Below, piece by piece: positions 61,798 to 64,000 of a stretch of 64,000 nucleotides of DNA. The DNA lies in the NCBI GenBank assembly GCA_964035575.1, contig OZ037834.1:1116001-1180000 (forward strand), in the 5' to 3' direction. The DNA is from Rhynchopus sp. YZ270_cl-10. Lineage: Eukaryota. How positions within the stretch are numbered: the first letter of the stretch is position 1; each line of letters starts with the position of its first letter. The position numbers were made by a program, and so were the translations under genes. The notes under the pieces were generated by a model, which was given only the letters and a program-made list of their open reading frames with translations, was not told the origin of the DNA and made no database searches.

Positions 61798-61849
61798 GCA
61801 GTACAGCACCAGAGGTCGGGATTTTCCCTTGGGGGCATCTAAATTAATA

Positions 61850-62359
61850 CCCTCATAGTATAAATTATGTTATTGTTACAAATAAATTATTTCGGCGATT
61901 TTTATTTTTTTTATAACATTTTTGCATTTTGTTACTTTTTTCATTGTTTGGATTTTATTTTTTTGTAACATTTTTGTTACGCCGCAGGCGTAACAAAAAT
62001 GTTACTGGGGGGGCTAATAAAGCATACAGCGCGGACACCCATGGTGTAAAAATATAGCTTTTTACACAGAGTCACTCAACGAACCCTTTTTTGCGGAGCA
62101 AAAAGGGGAAAATGGCGCCGCAGGCAAAAAAAAAAATTGAGGTACAGCCTGGATGGTGTGGTCAGCAACCCAGTTCCCTATGGTACTCCCGTGCTTCAAC
62201 CATGGGCTTTTTATTTTTTCTTTGTAACATTTGTTACTTTTTGCCCAACTGCAAAAAAACGAATAAAACATTTTATTAAATTGTTACAAAAAAAATGTTA
62301 CTTTTGGGTCATTTTTTTATTAATTTATTTTTGAAAAAACATTATTTTTACTATGAGGG
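61850..62359. mobile_element. AT-rich MITE flanked by TA
   Basis: TA|CCCTCATAGTA ... TACTATGAGGG|TA with an imperfect TIR of about 38 bp; internal GTAACA/TGTTAC motifs. Confidence 0.75.
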
Positions 62360-64000
62360 TACATTTTTCCCAAATTTCCACCACTATTTTTTTGTTTGAC
62401 TTTGGAACCGGGACCCCACCCTGGAACCCCCTCCAGAAGGGGGTACAGAACACCCTCAAAAAAAAAAATTCCCAAAATTCGGGCTAAATTGGAGGGGTGT
62501 TGGGAGGTGTTGGGAGGTGTTGGGAGGTGTTGGGAGGTGTTGGGAGGGCGTTGGGAGGCGTTGGGAGGGTTTGCCGTTTTTTGCAAATCAGGTGGGTGTG
62601 GCATTTGTACAGAAAAAAAGTGTGTTTTCGGAGGGGTGCCATGGGCCCATGGACTTAGAAAAGGCCCTGGCAGAAGTTCAAAAAAAAAAAAAAAAAAAGG
62701 GGGAAAAACGAAACGAAACAAAAAAAAAAAAGTTGTGCCAAGATGACATTGGGGGCCTCCACAGGGAGACATAGTCACCTCCGAAAAATAGTTTCTTTCA
62801 AAAAAAAGGGGGGATTTTTTTTTTTCTTCTTTTTCTTATAAATTGTTGAAGTAGTGTAGTTGCCTCGGTTGTGTTGCCACAGTTGTGCAATCTCTACTGT
62901 CCAATTTTTCTTTTTTGATAAACGTGCCGACGACTGGTGAAAAAAGTTCAGCCTTTACGAAACACGGGCGGGAGGAATCTGGGGTTCGGGGGGAAAATGG
63001 TATGAGAAGAGCAATTGATACACTGTGGATACGTCGAGGGAAGACAACATATTGGGGCTAGACAAATGTACTATTCCCCCTCCCCTCCTGGGATAGCATT
63101 TTTGCCTGTTATGCTTACTGGGGGCGGGTGAATAACCTCTTGTATTAGACTTGAAGGAGACAAAAGTAAAGCATGTCACGTAGCATGTCATATCACCAAA
63201 AAACCTTAGTAACATCACCACCATGTTTGCTACCCCCAAGATGCTATCTCCCTCGACCTGTCCACAGTGTGGGCTAAATGAAGCCTCTAGAGAAGGGGGG
63301 TTTGGGAGAATTTAACGTTTTTTTTTTTTTTTTTTTTTTTTTTTTGAAGACGAGTTTTGAAAAAAATAAAAAGGAGATTTGCCGTGCACCTACTTTAAGT
63401 ATTTTCATCATATGCAATCAATAAATTGATACTTTAAAAAAGATGTTATGCCTTCGAAAAAATACTGTTAGAAGCACTGCATAAAACACTGACGGCGTGA
63501 AGAGTTGTGAACCCTTGTTGATCAAGGTACCCCATATAGTACCAGACGCATTTGTTATTCTTTGATCATCCGTTAGAGTGTAGCTGCAGTACAAAAAAAA
63601 AATTCTTTTTTTGGGGGGAATGATGGGACCACTTTCTTCGCCCACGTTGATTGGCTTTTTGAGACTCACGCTAGGGTCAGAAGCCTACTGATATTGTATC
63701 AAACGAGTGATGGCGGAAGCAGGTAGTCTAGAATTGGATATTTATGAAGTTTTTGCTACTTTTGCTTTTTGTGCTTCTTGTTTTTTGGGGTATGAAAGAT
63801 TCGTTCTTCTGAAGAATCGTTATTTTCCCCCCCAGATTGGGCCAGATCTGGAGTATCCGTGAACAAAACAAAAGTTGTAAGATCTCGCGAACACATACAT
63901 CTAAACAGAGAAATAAAAATGAAAAAAAAATAATTAATTTCCCAAAGGGGGTTTTCAAGGTTGCTGTAGGTGCACAAAATCACTTCAAAGCTGGTACATG

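Larger units (their letters stand above)
59574..62783 (+). mobile_element. Internally deleted hAT-like transposon with nested satellites and a MITE (boundaries approximate)
   Basis: Left end CAGGGGTGGCTC; subterminal TTTTTCTGTACAAATGCCACA (~59632) is inverted at 60829 and 62597; (TTGGGAGGTG)n arrays at ~60888 and 62500; transposase fragment inside. Confidence 0.55.

Noticed and set aside
61041..61847. HSI/YSTVQ repeat ORFs
   Set aside because: Translations of satellite DNA; the ITTDHHRSP ORFs at 17697-18356 are likewise repeat translations.
62950..64000. Short ORFs at the window end
   Set aside because: No recognisable motifs and AT-rich composition; cannot be supported as coding.

Overview
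Eukaryotic nuclear DNA, most likely from a free-living euglenozoan (diplonemid-like). The basis is a beta-tubulin ending in ...EGEQY, about 20 protein genes all on the minus strand, rare short GT-AG introns, a chorismate mutase and many DNA-transposon relics. Genes: four tandem paralogs of an uncharacterised membrane-anchored or secreted protein (WxxDDNAK motif), a protein with a possible IPT/TIG domain, a three-exon myotubularin-FYVE phosphatase, two PPR-like proteins, an EF-hand-like protein, a chorismate mutase fused to an internally deleted prephenate-dehydratase/ACT module, a single-pass membrane protein, a PX protein, a CLU protein, four stand-alone PB1 mini-genes, an ankyrin protein, beta-tubulin and a tRNA-Ile(AAT)-like gene. 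Intergenic DNA holds a deleted piggyBac, hAT and Tc1/mariner-type MITEs, a hAT transposase fragment, a LINE relic, Helentron-like elements inside (GA)n, and satellites built on a CAGTA core. Several families of very short, strictly co-oriented elements are stacked in sense-strand T-rich tracts, and a three-copy motif folds as a covarying three-way RNA junction. All calls come from reading motifs by eye; no database search was run.
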